Source: Chrysomallon squamiferum | Lineage: Eukaryota > Animalia > Mollusca | Assembly (NCBI GenBank): GCA_012295275.1 | Contig: CM022673.1 | Span: 24,242,001 to 24,306,000, forward strand | Direction of reading: 5' to 3' | Length of the DNA: 64,000 nucleotides | Part shown: positions 48,885 to 64,000 of the stretch, in pieces | Layout: each line of letters opens with the position of its first letter | Numbering within the stretch: the stretch's first letter is position 1 | Translations under genes and position numbers: made by a program | The notes under the pieces: generated by a model | What the model saw: the letters and a program-made list of their open reading frames with translations, nothing else | Database searches by the model: none | What the model was told of the DNA's origin: nothing

Positions 48885-50777
48885 CTGTAAATAAAAACGT
48901 TTTAAAAATAATTTGATATAATAACTAAAAAAACGTCCTGTCAAGTGTCATACGATATTTTTTAAAACTAAACTGCATGAGTTATTCTAAATAAATTCAA
49001 ACGAAATAAGGGTAACAAACACATATTAAAAACTTTTAGAATTCTGTTTACATATAACTTCTTTTCTTTATGATGCGTGATGAATTTTTATTTTTTAAAT
49101 TATAATTAGTATTAACTGTAACAGTCAAAAAATAATAATAAATAAATAAAATAAAATAAAATAAAACAAAAATAAATAAATTAATTAATTAAAAAGTAAT
49201 AAAAACTGTTTTAAAGATAATTAATTAGTATGCACTATTATGCATATTAAATAAACTGTATCGCGATGTACTACACTTCAGTGCTTTTTATTTTAACTTG
49301 ATTTTAAACTCTTTCCTCAAAAGTACAAGAAAAGTAATGTACCCTCGCTTCTTAAAAAAGTTTTCATCATACTTATAAATAACACAGGAATGGACATACA
49401 GCAACTGAATTTCCCGATTCTAATAATAAACAGCTACCAGACAGAGATAAAGATGACGACACGTCAGTTACAGCAATAACGAACACTCCTAAATATAGAC
49501 CCACCTTGGCGAATTTCTTAATCGGACACGATCCTTTCTTTTTCCTTTGTAAATTATAAATATTTTATACCTGTTTATTAATTATTACTATTTTTTATTA
49601 TTATTTTATTTTTTATTTATTTTATTATTATTTTTTTAAAATTATTATTATTATTATTATTATTTTTTTTTTTTTTTATTTTTTTTTTTTTATTAATATT
49701 ATTTTTAAAAATGTTTAATTGTTTTAAGTTGAGTGTATTTATTTTATAGATCTGGCTAGTATAAGTTGTACTAGCTGTTGTTTAATATTTAAATCATAAT
49801 TAATTATGAAATAACACTTTAGAAACACTAACTTATAAAAACCAGAAATTAATAACATTCTGGCGGGTAGCTGAAATCGTCGCCCTGAAATCTCAAACCT
49901 AAAGACTGGTATGTAAAAGTCGTGTGTCTGTGTGCGTGTGCGTGTGTGTGTGTGTTGTGTGTATGCGTGTTGTGTGTGTGTGTGGCTGTGTGTGTGCTAA
50001 AAAGAATCATCGAAGCGACGTCGTGGGAAAATACACGCCTGAATGAACAAAGTTTTTGATGCCTGTAGGCAAAGTGCGTTAACAAGTAATATCGTTATTA
50101 CGTTCGTCTGATGCACAACACTGACTGAGCGAGCGAGCGAAGCAGACGGCAACGCAAAACCAATCAACAAAGAGAGAGAGAGAAAAAGAGAATTTCGTAG
50201 ACTAAGTCTTTATAAAGTTACATCTTATTAAATGTAGTTAAAATCTTACCTTGCAGCTTGCGAGTCACCTCAGTTTGCGATTAGACGCGTCAGATATTCT
50301 CGGTTTATAACAGTTTTCAGAAACTCGTCCAGACGCGTTGACGGTTACAGGAGACATGCTGTAACATGTTTCAGTCCCGAATCGCTTCTTCGCTCGTCCG
50401 ACCAATCGGCTACCCGAGTTACCGCAAGGGGCGTGTTCTATCGAATGAGGTCAAGTCCATTCATGTTCCCAGACGTTTTCATTGTTATCTATACTTGTTT
50501 TATAACCTTTCAGTAACGTAGGCATAACAAGTTAGCGTGAAGCGAGTAAATGCAAATATGAGACGATGTTTTCAGATTAGAACAATAAACAAAGTAAACG
50601 CTAAGTGGCATACTGTACATGTCAGATTAATGAAACCTGATATTTCACCTTGCTTGTCAGCGCTGGAGTTTTTGCTTTTGATAGGTGGAGTAGTTGTTAG
50701 TGAAATGCATAAACTAAGTATATGCGTTAAGACTGTCGGATTTTTTTTCACTTTCTGTCATACTTTTCACAACAGGC

Positions 50778-50810
<33 letters not shown>

Positions 50811-50990
50811 ATATATATATAATGTATGTATGAAGTTTTGTATACTACTTATTTCTCCGACATAAGGTCAAAGGTTGTTTCATTATGACGTCATAATAGC
50901 GTAGTAATAAAAATACTACAATATTTTGAGTTAGTAAATAAAACTGGATATATTAATTTGAACGAAAGGTAAGAAATGATTGCTTCTTCT

Positions 50991-51050
<60 letters not shown>

Positions 51051-51308
51051 ATTTGTTTATTTAAATACTTTATAAAAATGTAAATAAGTAAATGCAAATA
51101 ACTGACTCAAGTTTATGATCTGAATTTATTTTAATGTCTCACTTTATACATACATACACACATACACACATACACACATATATTCTTTTCGTCCTTGTTC
51201 TTCTTTTTCTTCTAGTTACTACTGCTAATACTACCGCTGCTACTACTACTACCACTTTTGCTACTACAACCACATCTACTAGTGCTACTATCTTTAACAG
51301 CTACTGCT

Positions 51309-51475
51309 ATTAGTCCAGCTACCAGGTCTACGATTACTACTACAATTACCACTACTAATATTACTAATTAGTCCAGCTACCACGTCTACAATTACTACTA
51401 CTAATATTACTAATTAGTCCAGCTACCACGTCTACAATTACTACTACAATTACCACTACTAATATTACTACTACA
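51309..51475. repeat. Minisatellite (attagtccagctaccacgtctacaattactactac, 3 copies)
   Basis: Directly visible tandem copies in a (CTA)-rich tract. Confidence 0.85.
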
Positions 51476-52960
51476 ATGGTTAATGTTATTACTGTTGTTG
51501 TTTCTCTGTTCAGTGTAGTCCACGCAGATGTTGTTTTATGTCAGTTAATGTTGATAGAATCTCTGCCACGCTTTCTTCTTTTCCGATATCCGCCGCGGTC
51601 GTTTTCCTATTTGCTTATCATTCAGCAGTGTGCACTATCAAACAAACGAACAGGCAGAGTTATCTTTCACGGTGGTCCACTGATACCCGTTGATAAGGAT
51701 GTCACGGGATTTGGAAGAAAAAAACCGTACGGTTGATAAAAGCAGAGTGCAGCAAAGAAGAGAAATCTACGCCTGATGACTGGCGAGATAGCAGAACTGT
51801 GATCGTTGTGAAGCAGACGACAGAAAGAGAAATGGAGAAGATAGCAGATGAGAGTTAGCTCCTCGCGAACACGTGCAGATCCGAAACTTAGAATCGGTCA
51901 GTGGTTTTATTGGTCCACTGAATATCAGATTTGTCTCAAAAAGAATATATCACTGATAAATACCGACACCTACACAAATACCGCAGGTGACTCTTTAAAG
52001 TATCTTTTTTTTTTTTTTTTTTTTTTTTTCTTAAATTTAATCTACAGACGAGCGGTGGAAATTTAAATGGATACGTCTTTCGTCAACATAAAACTGGTTC
52101 GGTTACAATAAAGTAATTCGAAATATTTTTTGAATGGTACATCCTCAGTAATAGAAATTATAATATTGTTTTAATATATATATATATTATTGATGATGAC
52201 AATAGTAAAAAAAAAAAAAAAAAAATAAATAAATAAATAAATAAATAACAGACAAACAAAAAGGAGAAAGAATATAATTTTTAAAACTTCAAATTGAAAG
52301 TACCATTTTTCTGAAAAATCTAAGAATCTTTTTTTTTTTTTTTTTTTTTTTAAAGTTTTTACAGTTTATTCATTAATTATAATCATTATACTTTTTTTCT
52401 TCTGTTAATTATGCGTCTGGTAACTGAAATACGTGTATATTGTTGTTTCAATGCTATTTCATTCATTTTGTTTTATTAAGTAATTTTCAGCCTAGACTGA
52501 GATCCGGTGACTTTTCTGATCTAACATCCATCCGGTGTCACAATCGTGGGCGTTGTAAGCCGTCGTGGGCGTCGTGACCCGTTGTGACTGGCACAGGTTT
52601 GATGTTGTAGTCGTACAAAGATACCTGGACACACGTGCAACCCGAGACGTTCAGGTTAAAGTGTAATTAGAGAGAACGACTGACACGTGACCTTGCAAGT
52701 CTTAAGTTACATCAGTGTAGAAACTGAATGAACTCGTGTTAACTTTCACTAAGGTTTATCAACTTTTCTAACTCAAACACATCAAACTACACGTCACCTT
52801 AAATATTGTGTTAGCATATTATTAACAAACTATGTAAACATAAGTTTTAGAACTTAAATAAATAAATAATAATTCATAATAATATTAATAAATAGTGATG
52901 ATGATGACGATGCTGATGATTCTTATAATGATGATGGTGGTGGTGACGATTACGATGTCG

Positions 52961-53021
<61 letters not shown>

Positions 53022-53087
53022 TAAATAAATAAATAAATAAAATAAATAAATAACAGTTCAAGAAGTGTTTCTTTATACTGAAGATTT

Positions 53088-53129
<42 letters not shown>

Positions 53130-53523
53130 TTATTTTTTTCTTACCTGTTTCCTTTCTTTCAGTTTTCTTCTTTTTTTCCCCCTCCTTTTTTTCCCCTCTA
53201 TTTTCTTTTCCTATTTTTCAAATGCTACGAACACCAAATTGATATCTTTGGGTGTGTCAGCTATTACGAAACAGTGAATACACCGGATGTACTCCGATTA
53301 AACCATTTCTAAATATAGAGCTGATGAAACCACTTCAAAGTAAACTGAATTTAATCTCCGCAGCTAAAGGTTTCCATATCATCTGTTTGTTATTTCTAAA
53401 AGGTTTTTTTTTTTTTTTTTTTTTACATTTAAAACTTTTTCTTCAGAGTAAAATATAATAAATGTCTACTTAGTTAATACAGTTTTTATTTACTTTCTTG
53501 TTTGTGTGTCTTCTCGTGATACA

Positions 53524-53556
<33 letters not shown>

Positions 53557-53561
53557 TTGTT

Positions 53562-53604
<43 letters not shown>

Positions 53605-53625
53605 TTATTATTATTATTAATTTGT

Positions 53626-53656
<31 letters not shown>

Positions 53657-53718
53657 GTTAGTGTTATTATTATTATTATTATTACCATCATTATTAATTT
53701 GTTTTATTTATTTATTTA

Positions 53719-53767
<49 letters not shown>

Positions 53768-54199
53768 CTGCACTGGTAACAGGTTTTATAAATGATACGT
53801 CACGTGATTTTGGTTTGAATTACGTGCCTATAATTTTGTGATAGTCCCTCTCGAACGCTTTGTGACCAGAAACGTTTTGTTGAGACTTTTTGTTTTGTTG
53901 TTCTTTAACATTACTGTGAGGTGCAAATACATGGTAAGAAGAAAAATGTGTGTGATTCAAACACTGTATAGTTTAATTTGAATTTAAGTATGTTTACGAA
54001 TGTTTTAATATAAAAATATTTATTGCAGTGTAGATAATGTATCATTCGTTCTGTTTATTCTTTACAGACAGCTTAATACAGAAAAAAACCCATTAAATTT
54101 TCTTCTTTTCTTTTTCTAAATAAAGTTGTATACTGAAAATATATCTTATTCACTTACATTTATTTATAAACATAAAAACATTCTACAAAAAATAATAAG

Positions 54200-54430
54200 T
54201 AAATAAATAAAATTAATAAATAATGAAACATTCGGTAAGAATAAAAAAATAAAATAAACAAACAAATAAATAAATAAATAAATAAATAAAATTAATAAAT
54301 AATGAAAAATTCGGTAAGAATAAAATAAATAAACAAACAAACAAACAAATAAGTAAATAAATAAATAAATAAAATTAATAAATAATGAAAAATTCGGTAA
54401 AAAATAAATAAACAAACAAACAAAAATAAA
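54200..54430. repeat. Minisatellite (aaattaataaataatgaaaaattcggtaa core, 3 copies, ~80-bp period)
   Basis: Core repeated at ~54210, 54289 and 54372, separated by (AAAT/AAAC)n. Confidence 0.8.
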
Positions 54431-54830
54431 TAAATTAAATAAAGGAATATAAATAATGTTGGTGTTAGAAACAAACTTTATTCAGTTCCGAAAAAAAAAC
54501 ATGAGAGACAAAATTAAAAAGTTAAGAATTATACACAAAGTATGTTTTATAGAATATGACAACAGTTCCCGCCAAAACTGAAGTGTCATCTTTGTTTCGT
54601 TAAGCAGAGGAATGCAATTGACATAATCTGCTGGCTGAAGGTCAGCACGAGACAGGTGACAGCCAGGTGTTCTGACGAGGCGCGTGCAGGATTCAGTTTC
54701 AGGAAATATTAACCGGTCTTATCATGAAGTGACAGAGGTTTTTCTTTATTATTTTTTTTATCAGCAGAAATAAATCAGAAAAACGTTTTGAATAGAATGA
54801 ACATTTTTCTTTATATTTATTCTCATTTTT

Positions 54831-54862
<32 letters not shown>

Positions 54863-56288
54863 TTTTCTCCCGTTTTTTAAGTTGTTTTTTTAGTATTTTT
54901 CTTCTGTTATTGGACAGTGATATATAGGCTCTTTCTATCGTTATTTTTTTTTTTTGGGGGGTTCGTTGTTTTTTATTTTTTTCGTGGTAATGTTTTTTCC
55001 TTTGATTTTATTTTTACTAATTTTTTAATTTTAATTTTAATTTTATTTTTCTTACTTAGAACTATTCATTTTTAAAACAGCTTTAAAACATGACCAAACA
55101 AAATGTCATATAAAATATTATAATATTATTATTATTATTGTTATTGTTATTTTCTTATTTTTAAATTTGTTTATTTTTATATATATATATATTTTTTTTT
55201 TATTTTTTTTTATATATATATATATTTTTTTTTTTTTACTGTTTTAAGTTGAGTGTATTTATTTTATAGATCAGCTAGTATAAAATTATTATTATTATAC
55301 AAAATGTCATATTAAAATTATTATATTATTATTATTATATTTATTATTATTGATATTATTATCGTTATTATTATTATTGATATTATTATTATTATTATCA
55401 TTATCATTATTATTATTGTTATTATTATTATTATTATATTTATTATTATTGATATTATTATTATTATTTATTTTTTTATTATTGATATTGTTATTATTAT
55501 TATTATTATTGATATTATTATCATTATTATTATTGTTATTATTATTGATATTATTGTTACTATTTTAGATGTAAATGTAATCTGTATAAAATATGGAGCT
55601 GGTAACTGAAAAGGAAACATGGATGTTTTACTGTTTTAAAGTTTTAAACGTGTGAAGGTCAGCGTGGTCTGACCTGGGGTCAGATGTGCTTTTAAAAAAT
55701 AATAAAATTAAGATGATGCGGAAACGACAACAGCTGGCTGGACAGTGTAGAGATTATCTGTTAATCTCTGACCTCAGCGTGTTCAATACACAGGTGGTCT
55801 CAGTAGAGAGATACATCAAGCATTTTACTTTTATGTAAATTTTACTTCATTTTATGTTGCTCTTTGTTTGTTTGTTTGTTAATTTATTATATTTTTTTTT
55901 TTTTTTTTTTTTCTATAAATGTTTCTATCTATGTTTATTTTGATATTATTATTATTATTATTATTATTTTTTTGTTGTTGTTGTTGTTGTTATTTTTGTT
56001 GTTGTTGTTTTGGTGTCGTTGATGTTTGTTGTAGTATCATTACTTCTTAATTAATTTAATTTAAAAGTAAAAAAAATATATACCTCCAAGCGATTAAAAA
56101 CACTGAGACAAAAAATCTACGAAAAAATGAAATTTATTTATTACAATCACTGTAACGAATAAATTAATAAATTAAGAAAGTAAGTAAATAAGTAAATAAG
56201 TAACATTTATTTCTTTATTGTATGTTTGTTTTTAATTATATTGCACACATGCACACGCACACACCCATGCACACACACACACACGCAC

Positions 56289-56319
<31 letters not shown>

Positions 56320-56823
56320 AATACTTACGCTCTCGATTTAGTAAACACTATTTTAGAAAACATCTTCATTAAAACTTACTTTCCAGCTTACACTTTATTC
56401 GTGAAAGCGGCCACACACGTTTTCAATAAACAGTTGAGAACCGACAGAGAGCGCCACCTTCGATTCATAAATCAACACAAAACACTGCACGTGATTTAAT
56501 TATGGACTAACAGCAGTTATCCCACGCTCCATATGTAGAGGTCGCCCTACAAATACTTTCTTCATTATGACGTAAATGTATATCATATTTTCAGCGAAGC
56601 TGTCATTTCAGACCATAAACCTCACCGATTATAGAAACTGTTTTTCAGCCTCCGATTATGCAAAGTTTAGTTTATGAAATTCTGCTCAGATTTCTTTTAT
56701 TTACAGAAAATTTACTGTTTGAAGTTAGTAGTAATTATCAGTTTTGTTTTCTCTGTTTCGTTATGACAACCATTATTTTTATTTTCATTTGTTTTGACTA
56801 ACAGTTACTCATTAATATCTACG

Positions 56824-56975
<152 letters not shown>

Positions 56976-57064
56976 GTGTGTGTGGCTATAAATAAAAATA
57001 AAATATAAATATGTGATCAATATCACAAAACTTTAATATTAATATTATTTTATTTTCACCATAC

Positions 57065-57070
<6 letters not shown>

Positions 57071-57145
<75 letters not shown>
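57071..57145. repeat. (AT)n microsatellite
   Basis: Pure dinucleotide run. Confidence 0.97.
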
Positions 57146-57146
<1 letters not shown>

Positions 57147-58414
57147 CAAACAGTTTTAACGTTGACGTGTTATCTCTCTGACGGTTTGTTATGTTAATAA
57201 TACTTATATTTTTAAATGGACGCTGTTTTTAAATGGAAACATTTCAAGAATACGTATGTGTATACAGCAAGAAAAACACGCCCCCACACGCATTCACACG
57301 TATTTCAAACTACGCATGTAAAAAAATCATCTTAATTATTTGTTACATAATATTTTTACAAAACTTTTTTTTTAGTTTTTGGCTTTCTTTTTCAAAAGTA
57401 TATATATATATATATATATCATCGTGGTGAAACATAGACTCACCAAAACAGCATGTAATGAAATAAAAGAGAGGTTGTACATAAAAGTGTTTGATCTGGA
57501 GACAAGCGAGACAGAATGGTAATGTGTCTGCGTCCGAGAAGTATGCCACGAAAGAGCAGAAAGATGGCGATTGACAACATCTGCTTCTGAAATGTCTGTG
57601 ATGGTCAGTGATGGTCAGTGAGGCCAAACAAAACCAGCAGAAGACGAACATTCCGCGCACTGGCAGAATTCCTTTACAACTGAACATGTGTTACTCAGTG
57701 TGCGTGTGTATGAGTGTGCATATGTTTGTGTTTGTGTTTATGGTGTGCAAGTGTTTATATGGGTTTGTCGTGGTATGTGTGCATATATGTGAATGTGTAC
57801 AGGTACGTATGGGGGTGTGTGTGTGTGTGTGTGTGTGTGTGCGTCTGTTTCTGTGCGTGTGTCTGTCAGTATATGTCTGTGTATGCCGTGTGCGTGTGCG
57901 CATGTTTATGGATATCTGTTCTTGATGCTTTTTGTGGAAAAAAATACACTCCTACTTGACTGATTCTTTCTGTACAGATTAATTTTGTAAAATTAATTAT
58001 TATAGTAGACCAAACCATACACACACCGCATTAGAAGTAGAAATATGTTTAAATAAAAAAAAATAAAAAATAAAACACTTTATTATTTACATTTAGGACA
58101 ATTAGATATTAGAGAAATAATTTAACAAATATAACAATTATTTATTTAATAAAAATGATTACATGTCACATAAGTAAAGTCATAGGCATCATGCTTCTGC
58201 CAAACAACAGAACATGTTGTTTTCAGACATCGACACAGTTTATTTTAACATTTATATCATTTATTTCGATTGAAGTAAAAAAGAATGTTATTTGAGTAAA
58301 TTATACCCTTGAGATAAGGAAAAATAAAATAAGAATTCAAATCTTTATTCGAAGAAAAAAAAATACGTGCATTGATATTTGATTATAACAGGTGGCATTT
58401 AATTATTATTTTAA

Positions 58415-58451
<37 letters not shown>

Positions 58452-59461
58452 TAGGTGTGTGTACGTATTTTGTTTTAAACAGAATACATAGAACCCGATT
58501 TGACAGAATTTTATTTAATAAATTCTAAAGGTACTGTTTATTTTGTTCTAATTTCAAACCCATTTTTCTCTCTATTTATAAAATGGTTTTATCAGTCAGT
58601 TATCAGTTCTGACAAAGAAATAACTCCAGTATAGAAAAAAATAATAATAATAATAAAGAAAGAAATTAAAAAAAATCCCGCTATTCAAATGAAGAAACTA
58701 TAGCAACAGCTGAGTGGTTTCCAGGTGCGAGGCGCGCTACCTAGCGGACAAAAGCTACGACTCGGCACGATGCCTCCTTTCAGTACCGTTAAACCTCGTC
58801 TCAGCGAGGCCACAAAACAACATCATCTGATCACAATCGTCTGTCACACAAACACCCAGTTAGAGTCGTCTGCCTTTGTCTGCGATCGGTAGTCGGGATG
58901 CCCCGGCAGTTCACGACAAGTTCCGCTGCACCGAAACGCGATCTCCGAGTCACGCTCTGTGACGTTTCCGTGAGTTATACGTACATTAAAAGTCCCAGTT
59001 CGTCAGTATCCCAGCCCTCGTGTCACACGCGGTTAAATCAGGCACATTCGGCTTAATTCCCGTTTTATTTTTAAAGTGTATCGCTCCACGTCAGAGTCTG
59101 TAGGTAATGGTGACAGATGGTGCTCGAGGTAAGGACGCTAACTCCGCATGCGCCAGCCACCTGTTTTGTTATCATTGTACGAATTTTTAGAAACTGCTTT
59201 CACTTGTGAGAGTGTTTCATTTAACTAGTTCCATTATCGAGGCTTGTTAACATTTCAAAAAAAGAAAAAAAAAAAAAAAAAAAAAATGCTTCTTCAACAA
59301 AAGGGCTAGAATTATTATTTTTTTTTTCAATAGCAATTTTTTCTTCTTCTTCTTGTTCATTTTCTGTTAAAAGAAAGTTAACCACTTCTGGTTTTTGGTT
59401 TGATTTTTCACAACAGAACAAAACCGAGCCTGAGAATAATTTCAACACAGCAAAAATGTAA

Positions 59462-59506
<45 letters not shown>

Positions 59507-59755
59507 TCTTTCTGTCAAGTTATTAAAAACCTGAAAATAAAGCTTTGCAAGTCTGTTTCTGGACAAAAACAATTTCTGAAATTTTTACTACCTTCACCTT
59601 TACACAACAAAACAGTATTTTAAATATCTGTTTAAAATATTTAAGTTATCTTTTCACTGTATTCGATCAAGCGGACAAAACACCATCCGCATACAATGTT
59701 TCAAATTACTGATTTGAACAAGATTTGTTTGTGGACTAGAAGATTAAGAAGTGAC

Positions 59756-59806
<51 letters not shown>

Positions 59807-60126
59807 TCTATCTATGTATCTATGTATCTATCTATCTATCTAACTATCTATATAGCTAGCTAGCTAGCTCTATACATATATAATACATTTACAAACAACT
59901 GAAGATACTGTTCATTTCATAGCTTCTTGTTTACTAAAAGATTTTTTTTTTTTTTTAAATGTATCCTGTGTTCAAATATTAAATTTAAACTTGTAAATAC
60001 TTGAACGACTCGGATTACAGGAAACACGGTGTACTTACAGGATGTCAGTGATCTAAAGCGGAGAATAAGGATGAGCTATGTGGCTCAGGACAAATGAAAC
60101 TTTTCTGTGAACTTTAGTTTGAGGTA

Positions 60127-60164
<38 letters not shown>

Positions 60165-62741
60165 CAGAGACTTGTAATACGTAATGTCGGTATCATTTAT
60201 ATAAATAAAAATGAAGAAAACAAACAGCTGGAATTTTGTCCACATCTACGATAAATGATTGGTGTTTTTGTATGTTTTTATTTTGTTTGCTGGTATTATG
60301 ACTTTTTCTATTTTGTTTCCTGGTGTTTTGCATATTTTGATTTTGTTTGTTGGTGTTTTGATTGTTGTGATGTTGTTTTTTCTGGTATTTTGTCTTATGT
60401 GATGTGGTTTGCTGGTTTTTGTTTGTTGGGGTTTGTCAGATTGTGATTTTCAGTAACCGTCTCAGTTACGTCATTATAACCAGCCTGGTTAATACAGAAA
60501 CCAAAAGAATAAGGAAGATGAAAAATTAGGGAGAAAGTATCAAATAAAAAAAGGAAGAAATACAGGAATGTTAGAAAGAATACTGAGAGAAAAAAGAAAG
60601 AAAGAAAAACTGAAGCAACGAATAAACGAATGTTGATTTCTTTCAGAGAATCAGAGAAAGTAAAACAGAAAGCTGTAAAGACTCGCTATAAAAGGCTGTG
60701 TGACTTTCACCTCCATTTGTTATCTTTCAACAGCGCGTGTTTGCATTTCGATACCAGAAAGCAACAGATAATCCCAACAGCAATTACGCCCAGGGTCAAA
60801 GGTCAGAGCTTATCTCCAAGTCAAGGGGAATACGTAACTGGGAAGTCTTACCGAGAAAACTGTATAATAACGAAACCAACAATGAAATCCAGTTTTACAG
60901 CTGACAGATTTAAAACGGTGAAAAAGAATAGAAGGTTGAACAGTTCAATCTCCTCAAATAAATAAACATTTTTTTTCTGAATTTTCACAGTAAAAGAAAA
61001 TATGTTTAACAAACAAAGGTACTGATCAGAATACTCTATAACATTTGTCTGAAGGTTTTGTGATGTATGTAGCTGTTTTACCAATAGTAGCGATATTATA
61101 GTAATACTACTACTGTTAATTGTAGTTTTACTAGTAGTAGTTTTCTTAGATGGATATTTTTGTAAAACAGATTCGCACACAACAGTTTAATTTCAGTAAT
61201 CTCAAGAGTGAGTAACGCGGTCGTTAAACGTTGATGATGCCATGGATTACGTTGTGTGCATATAAATATAAATATAAATATAAATATAAATAATTAATTA
61301 ACAGAAGATTATGTTAGCAGCAGAAATCAGTTTTGTGAAAGTTATTTTTATTCTTTTACTATTTTCTTTTTCTTGTAATAATTATATTTTCATCGCCAAA
61401 CTCGCTGGTCGAAAAGTTGCAGCAGCAACGACAACAACAGCAGAAGGTGAAAGAAGAGGAAGACGCAAGTGCGTTGATACTGATTCATGTTTGGTGTATT
61501 TATTTAACCTAGTTAAAAATAATAATAAAAATATATATAATAATAATAATAATATATAATAATAATAATAATAATCTATCGTTCACTTCAAAATAAATCA
61601 ACAAAACCTTTCATTATTTTTTTCTCCTTCATTAAGACTCTTTCTCTAATTATAAAATTGATATCAGACGTCGGGAAGAGAAAGAGAAATGTTTGACATT
61701 TTATTTAGTTCTGATATATAAAATTAATCAGGAATATTGGCTGCCTGACAGGTTGTTTTTAATCTAGATGCCCATTAGCGTATTAAACACATAATTATCA
61801 TTTATTAACAATGAAGTTGACGTCATTATGGAACGCGAGGAGGCGTCACGTGTCTGTGTGTGTTTTAACACCACCACTGGAAACCGTAACAATTTACAAA
61901 ATGTATTTTTGTTGTAGACACAAGCGTCACTTCGCTAAACAACGTAACAAAAATAAACACATATTTTTAAACTCGCCTGTCTGTGAATTAATTAAATGTA
62001 CGTGGGGAGACATGCAAACTGCGGCAGATGAAAAGGAGATGTGTAAATTAGCGAGGTAAGCAAACCAGCCGCCAGCCGTTCTCATTGTGTGTGTGAAAAT
62101 TAATTAACATGTAGACGAAAAGAACAGAGAAAAAACAACAAAAAAAAAATGCTGGGGATATGAAACAAATGAATGCAGTCCCTTTTTTTTTGTTGTTGTT
62201 TTTTTACGTGTGAGGTACATTTTAACAAGTATTTTATACAAATTTAGATCAATCAGACAAAACACCTCCTATTTAGCACCTTTCCGACAAAACAACCAAT
62301 ATTACGTAAGAAACATTTCGTTGTGTGCACTTCAAAGACGTTCCGACCTAATTAATACAAGCCGCCCCGACCTTGCTGAACATTTCCAAGGTAACGGTTA
62401 CGTTAGCAACTGTTATCCAATCAACGACATCGGTGCAAATATCAGCTGACACTTGTTACCCAACTGTCAATGACACTTCTAATTAAAACTTTCCTTACCG
62501 TGAGAAATGGACATTTTTAATACAACGCAGAGGGGCGGGGCTTGGTTACTGCGATTGACAGCGTGGGTTGGTAAACAGAACAGTGACACTACAACAACGA
62601 CGATGATGATAATTATGATGATGATGATGTCGATAATAATAATAATATCGCGGTTATTATTGTTGTCGTTGTTTTGGTTCTTAATCGGATATTCTTTCTA
62701 AACTGAAGGCTTATTGTTGAACGAACAAAATTATTATGCAT

Positions 62742-62794
<53 letters not shown>

Positions 62795-63823
62795 CGTGCT
62801 TATTATGATTGAATATGTTAATATATATATATATATATATAAGATATCACAATTCAGGATTAACTCAGACAGGATGTTCTGTCAAAGGGATAGATGATAA
62901 ACTTTTTAATAAAATGATTACGAAGAGAAACAAACATGAGCAGGTTAAAACAGAGAAAACGCCTCTGTCATGTTTGTGATAGATTAGGAAATCACTGGAA
63001 ACGCCCAACCTGTGACACCAACGTCATGAATATCAAAAAAGTTTTAAAAATAAATACGAAAATGTACAATATACTTTCCTAATGTAGTTAAATGATTTTT
63101 TTTTTTAACAGATTATGCATGTAATAATTTACTCAAGTTATACTTTATAGCTGTTTTCTAGATTATTGATGTATTTTTCAATCCTTCCATTTTAAGCTCG
63201 TTCCTAACGATATCTTATTAAATCTTTGGTGTTTCTTTCTCTTTTTTTTTTTTTTTTTCTCTCTCTCTCTTTTTTTTTTTTTTTTTTTTTTTTTGTTTGT
63301 TTTGTTTGACAAACTAGTTTCTTGTTCAGAGTTCGGTGGGTGAGATGCACCATCGATGTAAATATAACTCTCAACCAGTCACCCGCATCTTTTGTAAAGA
63401 GACAGCAGCGCCCTGTACCCGCCTGTCCTCGTAAAACAGACATTGTGATACCCAGGGTGTTTGTTTACACACCGGCTCAAAGAATTGTTTTCTATCAGGG
63501 AATTACTGTTCAAATTGCCCGTTCTAACGCGAAGATTTACGACAATGAAAGTCGGATGTGGTTTAGAGAGAAATCAAAACAATGTACAGTAGAGAAGCGA
63601 GAGAAAAAAAGGCCTATTTTGCTCCTGATAATGGTCATTACTGTCAGATTTATGAACGAGAAGATCTTTTGTCTACTGTTGAATTTATAAACGAGTTGGG
63701 CAGGATAATGTGCAGGCTGGAAAAATAAAAAATATCGGGACAAATAAATCTGTTGTAATTTATTTTTTAGTGTTTGGTTAATATGTGTAATTACTTCCCC
63801 CATTTTGCTCTCTCTATGCATTG

Positions 63824-63913
<90 letters not shown>

Positions 63914-64000
63914 AAGTATGCAGCTATGAATTTATAAGTATTTTTTTAACTAACTATAATTGAATAGCAAAATTAAAGCAATTTATTTCCTCCCCCCAGG

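Noticed and set aside
57444-57495. Possible small minus-strand exon (ctccag...GTGAGT)
   Set aside because: Splice signals are plausible but it cannot be linked to any reading frame or transcript from sequence alone.

Overview
AT-rich, microsatellite-rich eukaryotic (animal, probably lophotrochozoan/mollusc-like; inference only) genomic DNA with spliced genes. (1) 1-~9.1 kb is a tandem array. A ~3.07-kb unit carries a two-coding-exon galaxin-like di-cysteine-repeat secreted protein gene plus a tRNA-Glu(CTC) copy, and ~0.8-0.9-kb tRNA-Glu-only units follow. Of five tRNA copies, two are decayed, two intact and one split. (2) The split copy is interrupted at the D-loop/D-stem by a 3.85-kb, 5'-truncated, poly(A)-tailed L1/Tx1-clade non-LTR retrotransposon (APE-RT-CCHC) with a 2-3 bp duplication. 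This is the best candidate for a tRNA-Glu-gene-targeting element. (3) 13.4-25.8 kb (-): a 15-exon, ~2086-aa TTC3/DZIP3-like RING-H2 E3 ligase. (4) 29.0-30.4 kb (-): a 4-exon, 105-aa six-cysteine protein with signal peptide and GPI-type tail, neuritin/RGM-N-like and essentially invisible in the ORF track. (5) 39.8-48.9 kb (-): a single-CRD TNF-receptor-family gene whose last exon lies between two ~1.4-kb inverted repeats. The rest is non-coding with many simple repeats. All gene models were built by hand from splice signals and reading-frame phase; no database search was run.
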